From the IMG/VR virus record IMGVR_UViG_3300045125_000071, positions 124,001-188,000 of that record: a stretch of 64,000 nt of DNA; one strand, written 5' to 3'. Within the stretch, counting starts at the first letter, position 1; every line of letters starts with the position of its first letter. This document shows positions 43,410-53,995 of this stretch, piece by piece. Below the pieces are notes generated by a model. The model saw only the letters and a program-made list of their open reading frames with translations, was not told where the DNA came from and ran no database searches. A program made the translations under genes and the position numbers.

Positions 43410-43910
43410 ATGAAACAAATCGAACTGACCGAAAACGTTATGGTATCCGACCCTTGCTATGAGAAGGGTACATGGTGTCAAGAAGAAATTGTGGTAAAAC
43501 CAGGGGTGTATTGTGTTATGACCCAAAAGAAAGATGGAAGGGTTGACAAATTGCTCGCCATGCACATTGACCACACGGATGCGAAATTGAAAAAGAAGCC
43601 ATATTGCACCATTGGTGTTGATAGCGGACAAGCAGGGATTTTCTCTCTTGATACGTTCCGAAACGACAAGGTGTTTGAGGGGGAAGAAAGTGATTTTGCA
43701 AAAAGAATGGGGTTGGATGAAGGTGATGGTGAAAAGTGGTATTCCCATATTTGTGACCTAACATTGGGTGAAGATAGTTGGGGAACATACGCCAATGGTG
43801 TGGCATCGTCAAGCGGTTGGGGTGATGGTAGTTATGATGTATTCGTTGCCGAAGCCAAGTCGGGCGAAATCGTCGGCATCTTGATTGATTTTGAAGTCGG
43901 TGACTATTAA
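43410..43910 (+). CDS. DUF4241-like protein
   Basis: V.DPCY; IGVDSGQAGIF; SSGWGDGSY.V. Confidence 0.6.
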   Translation: MKQIELTENVMVSDPCYEKGTWCQEEIVVKPGVYCVMTQKKDGRVDKLLAMHIDHTDAKLKKKPYCTIGVDSGQAGIFSLDTFRNDKVFEGEESDFAKRMGLDEGDGEKWYSHICDLTLGEDSWGTYANGVASSSGWGDGSYDVFVAEAKSGEIVGILIDFEVGDY

Positions 43911-43955
43911 CACCACATTAACAAAATAAAATATAAATTGCATAAAAATTGAAAC

Positions 43956-44171
43956 ATGAAAGTTATTGCAGCACGTATTACCGAAATGCCGAAAGATTTT
44001 TTTGACCCGATGCCCCAAGTCTATGTGACATTGGAGAACGGAAAGGAACAATATCTTTTTGAGTATTACCCCGATGAAATCAGTTTCACCCCGAATGAAT
44101 TTGTGGGGTTGACAATCGAAGAATGTCGGCATCTCAAATTTCAGAAGGATAAAAGATTTTTAACCACATAA
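43956..44171 (+). CDS. hypothetical phage protein
   Basis: MPQVYV...LF.YYPDEISF...EFVGLT.EE...D. Confidence 0.75.
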   Translation: MKVIAARITEMPKDFFDPMPQVYVTLENGKEQYLFEYYPDEISFTPNEFVGLTIEECRHLKFQKDKRFLTT

Positions 44172-44182
44172 AACAAATCCAA

Positions 44183-44359
44183 ATGTTTGAAACTAAAATT
44201 AAACTGAAACAAGGTTGTTCCCTTGACTTAATGAACGGAATTGTCATATGGGATAGAGATAGGTTGGAAACGCTGAGATGCGCCCTGCTACGAAAAGAGT
44301 TCGTGGATAGGCTTACGGACGAGGAAGTGATTTTAATCAATGAAAAATGTTTAATATGA
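44183..44359 (+). CDS. small hypothetical protein (58 aa)
   Basis: MFETKIKLKQGCSLDL... read by eye, in operon. Confidence 0.55.
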   Translation: MFETKIKLKQGCSLDLMNGIVIWDRDRLETLRCALLRKEFVDRLTDEEVILINEKCLI

Positions 44360-44505
44360 TGGTAGCAATCTTTGGAATTGTTTGTGGAGTGGCAGGGTTC
44401 GCCATAGGGTGGAACTTTTGCAGGAAGGAAACGCTAATTCATCTGCTCGAAAAAGGAGCATTGGACAAAGACGTTTTTAAGGCTGAAATTGAAAAGGATT
44501 TTTAA
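44356..44505 (+). CDS. small membrane protein (49 aa)
   Basis: MMVAIFGIVCGVAGFAIGWNFC; ATGA coupling. Confidence 0.55.
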   Translation: MMVAIFGIVCGVAGFAIGWNFCRKETLIHLLEKGALDKDVFKAEIEKDF

Positions 44506-44523
44506 TCAACAAACAAATAAACA

Positions 44524-44820
44524 ATGTTAAGTCACACACGCAAGAGCGCAGGTGGAACATCGTTCCACGGCTCGGAGATTCGCACAACGGCAGGCAAACT
44601 CAAAGCGTTGTTCCCCGATTCGTATGACGAGAGCAATGATGGGAGGGACAAGACCAACTACGACTTCACCCTTCAAGACGATGATGGGAACATCGTGACA
44701 ATCTACGATTGGAAGGAGTACCGACCGATTGGTGACAATGAAATGATTAACTTCCACATCGGAGGTATGAGCCAAGACATCACCGAAAGGGCGAGGATGT
44801 ACCTTGAAAGCGTCGTATGA
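44524..44820 (+). CDS. hypothetical phage protein
   Basis: GTSFHG...DKT..F...TIYDWK...HIGG. Confidence 0.75.
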   Translation: MLSHTRKSAGGTSFHGSEIRTTAGKLKALFPDSYDESNDGRDKTNYDFTLQDDDGNIVTIYDWKEYRPIGDNEMINFHIGGMSQDITERARMYLESVV

Positions 44821-44909
44821 CATTTATTCGGATGGTTCAGAGAACCCGCCCCGACCGAAAGGTTGGGGCTTTTTTGTGTCCACAGATTCTTCCAGCTCCC
44901 ACAGCTCAA

Positions 44910-44956
44910 GATTTTGTCTAGTTTTGAATCCGCTGTTTACCAAACTAGACAAAATC
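44910..44956. repeat. cassette palindrome 18
   Basis: Consensus arms, N17. Confidence 0.95.
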
Positions 44957-45082
44957 CCGAATCGCCCAGCCAGGTGGTGCTGGTAAAATGTTAATGGTTT
45001 CATAAAAAGAAAATAAGACTGAAAATAAATTTGGTGCATATGAAATTTCAGACTAAATTTGCATCATAAAACTTTTATCACC

Positions 45083-45919
45083 ATGAGTAACAAACTCGCA
45101 ACCACGCCCCTGAACTGGGGTGTCCGCACGGAGAGCCTGACAACGGAGTCGGGCATCGTTCTGAACGACTATGTGTCCCTTGTACGGGATGACACGAACG
45201 TTCCCTTGTCGGTGGTGTCCAGCACCTATCATCCGTTTCAGAACGAGCAGTTAATCGAATTGCTTGAGAAGGTGTCCAAACAAACGGGTGTGGGCATCCA
45301 CAAGAGCGGATATTTCGGGGATGGACAGAAGGTGTATATCCAATTAAAAACGGATGACCTTGCCATGCCCAACGACAGGGTGGAAGGCTTCGTGACGGGT
45401 ATCAACTCTTTCGATGGAAGCACATCCCTTGCTTTCGGGAATAGCACCATCACGATTTCTTGTCAGAACACCTTCTTTGCTGCCATGCGGGAACTGAAGT
45501 CCAAAATTCGTCATACAAAAAATATGATGATAAAGGTGGATGAAGTTGCAGCATCCCTTGACAAGGCACTTATCGAAGAGAAGAAGATGTTCGAGCGTAT
45601 CAAACGCATGAGCGAAGTCCGCATGACCCCGCAGGTGAAAGACCTTGTAATGAGGGCTCTTTTCGACCTTGACAGCACCCTTGACCTGTCGAAGGAGGAT
45701 GCCGTTTCCACGGTGACGCGGAACAAGATTATCAAGTACGAAATTGACCACCAAACGGAAGTCACGCAGAAGGGTGACAACCTGTGGGGTCTCTTTTCGG
45801 GTGTGACCCGTTACACCACCCACACCGCCACCAAGAATGACACGGAGTCCAAACTCTTCGGGGTCTATGCGGGAAGGGAACGCAAGATTTTCAATGAACT
45901 GGCAGCGTTCGCCAACTGA
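45083..45919 (+). CDS. DUF932/DUF945 family protein (phage/plasmid TIGR03299-like)
   Basis: L.VVS..Y..FQN; G.F..G.KVYIQL; NSFDGS.S.....T....CQNT; RHT; NLWGLF.GVT.Y..H. Confidence 0.85.
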   Translation: MSNKLATTPLNWGVRTESLTTESGIVLNDYVSLVRDDTNVPLSVVSSTYHPFQNEQLIELLEKVSKQTGVGIHKSGYFGDGQKVYIQLKTDDLAMPNDRVEGFVTGINSFDGSTSLAFGNSTITISCQNTFFAAMRELKSKIRHTKNMMIKVDEVAASLDKALIEEKKMFERIKRMSEVRMTPQVKDLVMRALFDLDSTLDLSKEDAVSTVTRNKIIKYEIDHQTEVTQKGDNLWGLFSGVTRYTTHTATKNDTESKLFGVYAGRERKIFNELAAFAN

Positions 45920-46032
45920 CCTGAAACAAACCCCCATCGTTTCCACGATGGGGGTTTTTAACTTTTTTTGTATTACGTTTAATTTGATTATTTTTGCGTC
46001 GGAAATATATTTATCATTAAAACAGAAAGAAC

Positions 46033-46705
46033 ATGAATAAGAATGAATATAGCGTTCGAGCCAACAAGGTTGAACAAGAAATGAACAGGATTGCAGAATT
46101 GATGAACACGCCGAGAATTGAATTAAACGAATCCAGCCTATCCCGTGTGTGGAGGCATACAGAGGAGTATGACATCGCCACAATATCGGCGTTCAGGAAC
46201 ATGAATGTAAATTGTCTGAATTACAGCGAGAATGTCGAGGAAGGACATGAATTCACATACAAAGAGAACAAAAGAGAGGAACAGGGATTTATTGTCTGTA
46301 TTGTTGCAGAAGGGTTATGGGGTGACGAAAATCATGGGCAATTATATCGAGAACTTCAATACCGAAAGTGCGGTTGAAGTCGGTGAAGAATCTTTCTTTG
46401 TTGTGAACAAAAATTCGGATGAAGATTTCTTCCCCACGCTGATAAAACTGGCGAAGTATTTTTGTCAAGACAGCGTATTACTTAAACCAAAGGGCGAGGA
46501 TGCTTATTTGTATGGAACAAACAATTCCGAATTCCCAGGTCTGGGTAATACAATCAATTTGGGTTCGTTCAAAGGTGGTGAAGAAGCGGAATTCCATTCC
46601 CGTGTTGGCAAATCAAAAAGACCATTTTTCTTTGCGGAAGATTTCAATGTCGCAAGTCGCCATCTGATTTCAACAAAAGCAAAAAAGGTTCTATCGCAAA
46701 TCTGA
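46033..46705 (+). CDS. hypothetical protein with T4-like leader (frameshifted)
   Basis: LNESSLSRVWRH...ATISAFR...N..RN..L...L...GYG.TK..G.YIE...EES.FV; two track ORFs join. Confidence 0.7.
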
Positions 46706-46790
46706 TATAAAATCATATCAATCAAAAACCCCGCAAATATGTGGGGTTTTTTTATGCTCAGTCTGGTGGAAGCCTGGCTGGCATCGATAG

Positions 46791-46838
46791 GATTTTGTCT
46801 AGTTTTGAAACTATTAAAATCTAAAACTAGACAAAATC
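46791..46838. repeat. cassette palindrome 19
   Basis: Consensus arms, N18. Confidence 0.95.
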
Positions 46839-46938
46839 TTTCCAGCGGCGGGGGCTGGGAAAAAAAACTTCAAAAAACTTTGAAAAAAATTTGGTTAATA
46901 CATATTGATTGTATAATTTTGCATTAAAACGTAAACAC

Positions 46939-47196
46939 ATGGAAAAGAAAACCAAGCACACCCTTTTGAAGGGAGAAGGCATCAACCAACACACCTTGTA
47001 TGGTGATTTCAAGGTTGAAGAGAAGGAATCGTTCAGCCGTCTGGTCGTAACCAAAAACAGCGTTCTGCGACATGAAACACCCACAGGCGAGTTCGCTGAA
47101 CACAAGCCCCTTTCGGTGGACAAAGGAAAGTGGAGCATGGGAAGGCAGGTCGAGTACAATCCCTTTGAAAACAGAATTAGTGCAGTATTTGATTAA
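46939..47196 (+). CDS. hypothetical protein of the type found beside DUF6745 genes
   Basis: L..GE...H.L...L.HE...EH..L....G.W..GRQ.EY.P......V.D. Confidence 0.7.
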   Translation: MEKKTKHTLLKGEGINQHTLYGDFKVEEKESFSRLVVTKNSVLRHETPTGEFAEHKPLSVDKGKWSMGRQVEYNPFENRISAVFD

Positions 47197-48133
47197 TGTC
47201 AAATTTTGCGTAACATTCATACCTACCATTAAATTCTTTTTTTGGTAGGTATGAATTATTCTTATTGTTGTTTTTTATCGTTACTTCAATTTCACTAATA
47301 TATTTAGCATCGCCATTAATAATTTTTAATATTTCAAAATTGTACGGCATTTTATTTTTCCCCCTAAATCTCTGTGAAATTGAATTGAAAGTTTTACCTA
47401 CTTTGAAAAATCTCTCATCATTATCCCAACATTCTAATATGTATAATTTGAATGAATCAAATTTATTTGATTTTAGACCTTTCTGTTCCCATAATCGGTA
47501 ACTCCAAACACCATAATTCATACCACATTTTTTACAACCTTTTCCATTCAAATGATTATTAGGTCGTTGGTTAAATTCCCCATGAACAGAACAAATTATT
47601 TTAACATCAGTTTTTGTATTTACATATTTTGATAATGAATAATCGTAGGTATTACCATGAACACTAATTGCTTTATCTACAAAATCTTGTGTTGTCAATT
47701 TCCCTGTTTTTCCACATTTTGGGCAACCATATCCATTTAGATGGTCGTTAGGTCGTTGGTTAAATTCCCCATGAATATGACATAATATTGTGACTTTTGT
47801 TGTTGAATTAATTATAACACATTTTGAGTAATCATATTTATCACCATGAACTTTTTTAGCTTTTTCAATAAAAATATCAGAGTATTTCGGTTTGATAGAT
47901 TTTTTTACTATTTCTTTCTTAATTTTCTCTTTTACCTTTCTTTTACTTTTATTGTATTGTTTCAATTTTTCTTTTCTTTCTGGTGATAGATTTTTATAAT
48001 AATTTTTATCATATTCCAATCTCTGTTTTTTTATTTTCTCTATATTGTTTTTCTTGTACTCCCTGGCTCTTGCCTTATATCTTTCTCTTTGTTCTTCCGT
48101 TAAGTCTAACCATTTCATATTGCTATTTATCAA
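47177..48133 (-). mobile_element. free-standing homing endonuclease (DUF723 repeats + GIY-YIG-like C-terminus)
   Basis: Two F..KA..VHG..YDYS...C..HG.F.QRPN.HL.G.GC..C repeats; LYIL...FFKVGKT; AT-rich and antisense to the array. Confidence 0.8.
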
Positions 48134-48236
48134 TAAGTATTATCTCATAACCCAAAAATATAGTCCACAAAAAATTTTTTTGGGATTATTTTGTTGTATC
48201 AAACTATTTTTGTTATATTTGCATAAACAACACGCA

Positions 48237-48458
48237 ATGTATAATATTAAAAGAGAATGTTGGAATGAAAAAACATATAATGGATATGTTGATGCCCCAT
48301 ATTGGCGTATTACCTTTTCATACTATATAATTGGATTAAAAGACAATGGAGAGTTTTGGGCTATTAATGGAAAAGGTATTGATGTGAACACGCATTATGT
48401 TAAGGATATGCTAAACAGAATTATTACAGAATGTAATTTGAATATAACACTTTCTTAA
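48237..48458 (+). CDS. hypothetical protein
   Basis: MYNIKRECW after a TATATTTG promoter box. Confidence 0.6.
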   Translation: MYNIKRECWNEKTYNGYVDAPYWRITFSYYIIGLKDNGEFWAINGKGIDVNTHYVKDMLNRIITECNLNITLS

Positions 48459-48470
48459 AAACAAAACACG

Positions 48471-48704
48471 ATGGTAAAACTTGCACAAAGAACTATCTGT
48501 CCCAATGGACATGACATATCTATTGGACTAACTGGTAACATTGGTTACGTTTCAATCACAGATACTAATTTATATCCAGATGATGATAGTAGAAGTGAGA
48601 GAAGGGATTTAAATTATCATATAATGATGATACCCTTATTGACCAGGAAAGACTTGATAGCTTTAAGAACTGCGATTGATGAAGTTTTAGAAAATTCAAA
48701 ATAA
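48471..48704 (+). CDS. hypothetical protein
   Basis: ORF track, in operon. Confidence 0.65.
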   Translation: MVKLAQRTICPNGHDISIGLTGNIGYVSITDTNLYPDDDSRSERRDLNYHIMMIPLLTRKDLIALRTAIDEVLENSK

Positions 48705-48775
48705 TATATCACCATATTTTTGATAAAGTATAACAATTTTTTTCTTATATTTGTAAAACTAAAACAATAACAATC

Positions 48776-49150
48776 ATGGCTAATCCGTTAGTACATTCAA
48801 AGAGTTCAGTTAAACGCTGGGGTGGGCAAATATCCGATTACCTTCCGCTTCACGAGCTTATTGATTCACCAAAAGCTACGATGAACAACAATTCGGTAAG
48901 ATTGCTTACGCATAACACATGGTTTGCGTATCACATCATGCCCAAGATTTTCGGCTACAACATCACCAATTCGGATGGCAAGTCCGTTGATGTGGTGGAC
49001 ATCGCCATGTTGCATATTGCCGAGGATTTTCGTATGAAATTCGTTCCAACCCCCAGGATTATTTGCAGCACCTACAAGTTCAGCCGTGGATGAACAATGG
49101 GGTAAAAGTATTAGAGAGTGAAGAAGCACAAAACATTGTTAAACAATTAA
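48776..49150 (+). CDS. DUF6915-like protein (frameshift near 3' end)
   Basis: MANP..HS.SSVKRWGG...DYL..H..ID.PK...H...FG..I.NSDG..V.V.......H..ED. Confidence 0.65.
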
Positions 49151-49834
49151 ATGATAAATTACATGAGCAAGAAAACTAAAACAATCGAGTTCAGAATTGA
49201 AACGGAAGAACAAGCCATCCAAGAATGGAAGAAGTTAGGTATTACATCATGCGAAATGCAATTCAGTTGCGGTGGCGACAGCATGAACGACTATTCCTTT
49301 GAATTTTTCAAAAATGGTGTTGGTGTCATTGAAAGCAAAGAGTTGGATAATTTTTTCGACAACGAAGTTTTCAAAAGGGTGGAGTTTTATGAGGCTTCTG
49401 ATGGACATTACATCGGTGAGGCTGGTTCGGTTGAAATCACGTTGGTAGAAGAAGATGATGAAGAACCTTTCTTAAATTATTCCAAATCATCACAATCCGA
49501 ATGGAACGAAAGTTTCACAGAAACGATTGATGTGGAATTGACAGAAGAAGAAACCAATTTTCTGAATAGCAAGGTTCGGAGGGTTTCTGCTGATGAAAGT
49601 AACGAACCTTTTTATATCTACAAAAAGGACTGCATATTGTCCAAACGTGAAATGGAAATAAGAAATAAATTGGGTAGAAGATTGGATGAAATTGCCCAAG
49701 ACCATGACATCGAAACCGCAGTAGGTGATAAGCAAGAGTATTACCAATGGGAAATCAATACCGATGATACAGAGGTAAACAAATTGCGTGTTTCAAGGTC
49801 ATACGTTGTTTACAAGGATGATGACACTTTTTAA
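49151..49834 (+). CDS. DUF6878-like acidic protein
   Basis: GI......FSCGGDS...; GE.G.VEI. Confidence 0.5.
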   Translation: MINYMSKKTKTIEFRIETEEQAIQEWKKLGITSCEMQFSCGGDSMNDYSFEFFKNGVGVIESKELDNFFDNEVFKRVEFYEASDGHYIGEAGSVEITLVEEDDEEPFLNYSKSSQSEWNESFTETIDVELTEEETNFLNSKVRRVSADESNEPFYIYKKDCILSKREMEIRNKLGRRLDEIAQDHDIETAVGDKQEYYQWEINTDDTEVNKLRVSRSYVVYKDDDTF

Positions 49835-49854
49835 TTCAAATAAAAACAAACAGA

Positions 49855-50541
49855 ATGGAAATTATTATTGACAACGCATCGTTTCCGTATGACATTGGTT
49901 GCCGTCTTATCAAGACGAAATACTCCGAATGTCCATTTGATGAACTCAAAGAAGTATGGGATGATATTCAACCCATAACATTCAAGGAAATCACAAAGCA
50001 TTTGGATAACATCGAGAAAAGAAGGGTCGCCATAAATTGTTTGGGCATCAACCGACTTGTGAAGGAAGTTGAACCGAAACTGCTGGACACCCAGACAATC
50101 AAGAAAACAACGGCATGGGTGAATGACGATGGCAAGTTGGAAGCGTTCAATTTTGAGGACACCTACGAACTTTACCAAGTCGAAGCCAAAAAATTGGGTC
50201 TTGAAACAACCCAAGAGAGTAGGAACTATTTTCACTATGTCCGATGCAAGGACACATCAACGGACAGGGAATATCTTTTGTGGGTGGATGCCATAGACGT
50301 TTACAGGCATAACAACAATTCACACGGATGGGTTTCAAGTAATGTGAACTATGGAACGAAAATAAACGCCATCCAAGCCATCGCATGGACAATCCAAACG
50401 GACATCAAAGAGGGTGGTATTGAGAAGATTGTTCGGCAGGGAGATTGCATCCTTATCAAAGAGAAAAGGAAGGTTGAAAGGGGGTCGGAAAGGCATCTGA
50501 CAGAGGAAGAATACAGGGAACTGCTGGTTGCTGAAAGTTGA
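49855..50541 (+). CDS. DUF6745-associated type hypothetical protein
   Basis: NIEKRRVAI..LG; VRC.DTST.R.Y.LWV; A..AIAWT; RQGD. Confidence 0.6.
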   Translation: MEIIIDNASFPYDIGCRLIKTKYSECPFDELKEVWDDIQPITFKEITKHLDNIEKRRVAINCLGINRLVKEVEPKLLDTQTIKKTTAWVNDDGKLEAFNFEDTYELYQVEAKKLGLETTQESRNYFHYVRCKDTSTDREYLLWVDAIDVYRHNNNSHGWVSSNVNYGTKINAIQAIAWTIQTDIKEGGIEKIVRQGDCILIKEKRKVERGSERHLTEEEYRELLVAES

Positions 50542-50624
50542 TGTTGTTGTGTGTTTTGTTTATCCCCATCCGAAAGGGTGGGGATTTTTTGTCCTTCAGG
50601 TTTCTCCTGGCTAATTAGCGGCTG

Positions 50625-50667
50625 GATTTTGTCTAGTTTTGTGTGTGATATAAAACTAAACAAAATC
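50625..50667. repeat. cassette palindrome 20
   Basis: N13. Confidence 0.95.
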
Positions 50668-50759
50668 TTTCCAGGTTGGTTGGCTAATTCTTCAGATAAA
50701 AAAAATTTTTGGTTATGTAAATAAAAGTTGTATATTTGCTGAAACAAAAACCAAACACA

Positions 50760-51275
50760 ATGAAAATCGAATTAAAAAACGTCAAGTTCTCCGAGTTCGC
50801 ATCCGAGGAAACCAACTGCTTCGCTGCCGACCTTTATGTGGATGGTAAGAAGGTTGGATTCTGCAAGAATGATGGTCATGGTGGTAACACCTGGGTTTAC
50901 AATTCCGATGCAAATACGCTGACCAAATTCCGTGAGGTTGAAGAATATTGCAAGACGCTTCCGCCAATTGAATTCGGTGATTTTTCAATTCCATCCAATT
51001 TGGAAAATGTTGTCGATGGTTTGTTCGAAGAGTGGTTGAAAGAGAAAGACAAAAAACGGATGCAAAAGAAGTTGGAGAAGTCCATGCTCAAAGGCATCTG
51101 CATTGAAACCGAGAATGGTTTCACGTTGGCAACATTCAAGATGGTTGGCAAGGTTGTCCCATTGGCTGATGCGTTAAAGGTTCAGCCAGTCCTCGAACAC
51201 ATCAAACAATTCTGTATTACAGAGAAGCAAAAAGGGAATAAAATTCTGAATACAAATTTGCCTTTTGAAATATAA
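50760..51275 (+). CDS. hypothetical phage protein
   Basis: LKNVK..EF.SEET.CF.A.LY.DGKK.G...NDG.GG. Confidence 0.8.
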   Translation: MKIELKNVKFSEFASEETNCFAADLYVDGKKVGFCKNDGHGGNTWVYNSDANTLTKFREVEEYCKTLPPIEFGDFSIPSNLENVVDGLFEEWLKEKDKKRMQKKLEKSMLKGICIETENGFTLATFKMVGKVVPLADALKVQPVLEHIKQFCITEKQKGNKILNTNLPFEI

Positions 51276-51304
51276 TTGTATTACCTTTACATAAACAATA
51301 CACT

Positions 51305-51559
51305 ATGTCATTGAAAGATGCTTTTACAACGGAATTAATTCGCGAACTCAGGAACAGGGGTGTAATCAACATCCTGTGGACGAATGAAGATATTATCGAA
51401 ACGGCAAAAAATCTTGAAGTCGAATTGACGGATGAAGAGATTGATGATGTTACCACATTGATGGAAGAAAAACATGATGCCAATTATGGTGTCAACTGGT
51501 CATTCATTGAGGAATGTATTTGGCAAGTTATTGATAACCGAAAAAAATCAAAAACATGA
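51305..51559 (+). CDS. hypothetical protein
   Basis: W..EDI......LTDEE...V......HDA..GV.W. Confidence 0.75.
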   Translation: MSLKDAFTTELIRELRNRGVINILWTNEDIIETAKNLEVELTDEEIDDVTTLMEEKHDANYGVNWSFIEECIWQVIDNRKKSKT

Positions 51560-51760
51560 GCAAAAAAACATACGAAGTTTCTTTTGCAACTCTCCGTTCA
51601 GGCAGAGAATCCGCTTGAGGCAGCGAAAGAGGCCAATAGATTAGCCTTCAATGAAGGTGACACATTCATCTACGATGTTGAAGACGAAGAGACGGGCGAG
51701 AAGTTCACCGTAGATTTGTCCGAAAACGATGAGGATGCAGTTTTACCCAACAACGATTAA
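51556..51760 (+). CDS. small acidic protein (frameshifted)
   Basis: MSKKTYEV...VQAENPLEAAKEA... read by eye. Confidence 0.55.
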
Positions 51761-51767
51761 ATTTCAT

Positions 51768-52166
51768 ATGAAAACAAAAATCGTAACAACACAAGCAATT
51801 CGTGAAACCGCATACGACATCGCGGAAGAAATGACTGAAATGTTGGGAACGGAATTCACGGTCACCCTTGTCGAGGGTATGCCACTTGGTGACTATTACC
51901 GCATCGAAGGAGAGATAACTGCGGAACAGTTCGAGGAAATGCCTGACATCGAGAACGAATGGCTTTTCGAGAACCCGACCAACGAATGGGTGTCGAAGTT
52001 CGGGAAACTTAGCGATACCGAATATTCCAAGACAATCAAGGATACTGTTTTCTACTACAACACCTATTTGTTTGGTGGGAGTCATTATCAGATACTAGTA
52101 AGTGGTGAAATGGGTGGCAAGTACGATGTGGAAGAACCCGAAGATATTGCGAGAATATCAAGATAA
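51768..52166 (+). CDS. hypothetical acidic protein
   Basis: Start MKTKIVTT; terminator follows. Confidence 0.7.
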   Translation: MKTKIVTTQAIRETAYDIAEEMTEMLGTEFTVTLVEGMPLGDYYRIEGEITAEQFEEMPDIENEWLFENPTNEWVSKFGKLSDTEYSKTIKDTVFYYNTYLFGGSHYQILVSGEMGGKYDVEEPEDIARISR

Positions 52167-52251
52167 TTTGTGTTTTGTGTTTTGTGCTCCCCCGCTGTTT
52201 TTACGGCGGGGGTTTTTGTTCCCGCTGTACGCCCGCCGAGCCAACTGTTCG

Positions 52252-52298
52252 GATTTTGTCTAGTTTTAAAATCGCGTATGACAAAACTAGACAAAATC
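52252..52298. repeat. cassette palindrome 21
   Basis: Consensus arms, N17. Confidence 0.95.
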
Positions 52299-52378
52299 TT
52301 TTCAGGGACACCAGGCCCAAAAATTTTTTGGTATATCAGAAATAATGTATTACCTTTGTGTTCTAAAACACACACATC

Positions 52379-52681
52379 ATGCAAGACGAAAAAACAGTTG
52401 AAATCGTTAATCAGATTACCAATTATGTGAATACCTTTTCCAGAAGGGATGATTTCAATAAGGTAATGTCCACGGAACATCGCACTCTGCAACAATCTTT
52501 CACACGTTTGTGCCTGAAATGGTTGGAACACGTTGCTCAAGATGAATATAAGACAGACCCACGGAATGAAGCCAGCAAGAGTACTGCAAAAGAATTGATA
52601 TCAAAGTTCAGAGAAGAGAAAGGATTTTTACCGTCAGAATTTTTACCTTTGTGTAAAAAATATTTGGTGAACAAAAAATAA
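52379..52681 (+). CDS. hypothetical protein
   Basis: HRTLQQSFTRLC motif; follows promoter. Confidence 0.75.
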   Translation: MQDEKTVEIVNQITNYVNTFSRRDDFNKVMSTEHRTLQQSFTRLCLKWLEHVAQDEYKTDPRNEASKSTAKELISKFREEKGFLPSEFLPLCKKYLVNKK

Positions 52682-52712
52682 CTTTATACTTTTACATTCT
52701 AAAACATACACA

Positions 52713-52988
52713 ATGACAAATTTGGAAAATTACGATTTTGAAATGTTTTCCCCTGCTGGGAACAAAGCCTGTCAAAGTCTTGTAAAGAAGGTATTCAGGA
52801 AGATTGAAGGCAAGACAAGGCTTACCGAAGATGATGTCTATAAACACATCAGAGAAGGTATTAAGAAGGTTAAGGAAAAACATTCTGAAGTGTATGACAG
52901 CGAACCAGGTTGGCACATCCAAGAATGGGTGAATAAGAAACTGAAAGAGGTTGGCTATGGCTTCGAGGTATCAAGGTACGATTTCTAA
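52713..52988 (+). CDS. hypothetical protein
   Basis: ORF track, in operon. Confidence 0.7.
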   Translation: MTNLENYDFEMFSPAGNKACQSLVKKVFRKIEGKTRLTEDDVYKHIREGIKKVKEKHSEVYDSEPGWHIQEWVNKKLKEVGYGFEVSRYDF

Positions 52989-53012
52989 TAAACAAAACAA
53001 AAACCTACAACT

Positions 53013-53585
53013 ATGGGATTGGATATGTATCTGAACAAGCGCACCTACGTTAAGAACTGGTCGCACATGGATAAGAGTGAATTGCACACGGTGACCATCA
53101 AAATGGGTGGTAAGAAAAGGGCTGACATTAAGCCCGAACGCGTGTCTTACATTATCGAGGAGGTCGCCTATTGGCGCAAATTCAACGCTCTGCATGGGTG
53201 GTTTGTCACCAATGTTGCCGATGGTGTTGACGACTGCAAGGAGGTCTATGTTTCTCATGAAAATTTGATGGAGTTACATGAGACCCTTCTGAAAGTTCAG
53301 GAAATCCTGAACGCTGCGCCCACCGTACAAAGGGAGGTCTCAAACGGGTGGCAAACGGATGGAAATGGCGGGATAAAGGAAACCACGGCTATGATACTTG
53401 TTTACGATTGTGAGGAAGAAATCAATGAGGTGTTACCGCCGACCCCAGGTTTTTTCTTTGGAAGCCAAGAAATCGATGGATGGTTCAAACAGAATGTTGA
53501 CGAAACGGTTACCGTAATCGGTGACATTCTGAAAGAAATCGAATTCGGTTATTCATCAGATTATTATTACGAGGCATCGTGGTAA
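53013..53585 (+). CDS. MGLDMY-family phage protein (paralog of 30124)
   Basis: MGLDMYL...EVAYWRKFNALHGWFV...LP...GFFFGS...YYEASW. Confidence 0.85.
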   Translation: MGLDMYLNKRTYVKNWSHMDKSELHTVTIKMGGKKRADIKPERVSYIIEEVAYWRKFNALHGWFVTNVADGVDDCKEVYVSHENLMELHETLLKVQEILNAAPTVQREVSNGWQTDGNGGIKETTAMILVYDCEEEINEVLPPTPGFFFGSQEIDGWFKQNVDETVTVIGDILKEIEFGYSSDYYYEASW

Positions 53586-53635
53586 ACGGTGGGGAGCAAT
53601 CCCCACCTTTTTTCATTTCATAAAACTTAAAACAC

Positions 53636-53983
53636 ATGAAAACATTGAACGAACTGAAAGAACAATTGCAAGAGGATATTATCACCTATCTTGATGACAT
53701 CGTGGCTGAAGATGAGGTAACCGAATTGTGTCAAAAAGTGGTAAACAGGGTTAACGAACTAAAACATAATATTCAAACAGAATACAGAGTATATTGTATT
53801 GACATGGATGATGATGAATTATATGCCGAAGATTTCGACGGTGTATGGGATTTGTCAGACGAAAAATTCATTGAACACGCTGAAAGGCAAGGTCTTGTAT
53901 GGTCTCTGGAAGGTTTCCAAGAAGCGTTCAATCAGGACGGTGTATCCGATACATGGATTATGCGTATTATCAAACATTCATAA
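53636..53983 (+). CDS. hypothetical acidic protein
   Basis: F...AE.QG.VWSL.GF. Confidence 0.7.
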   Translation: MKTLNELKEQLQEDIITYLDDIVAEDEVTELCQKVVNRVNELKHNIQTEYRVYCIDMDDDELYAEDFDGVWDLSDEKFIEHAERQGLVWSLEGFQEAFNQDGVSDTWIMRIIKHS

Positions 53984-53995
53984 ATTCAAACAAAT

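Noticed and set aside
47555-47780. Direct repeat GGTCGTTGGTTAAATTCCCCATGAA as a regulatory element
   Set aside because: It is the internal duplicated protein domain (HGEFNQRPN) of the homing endonuclease.
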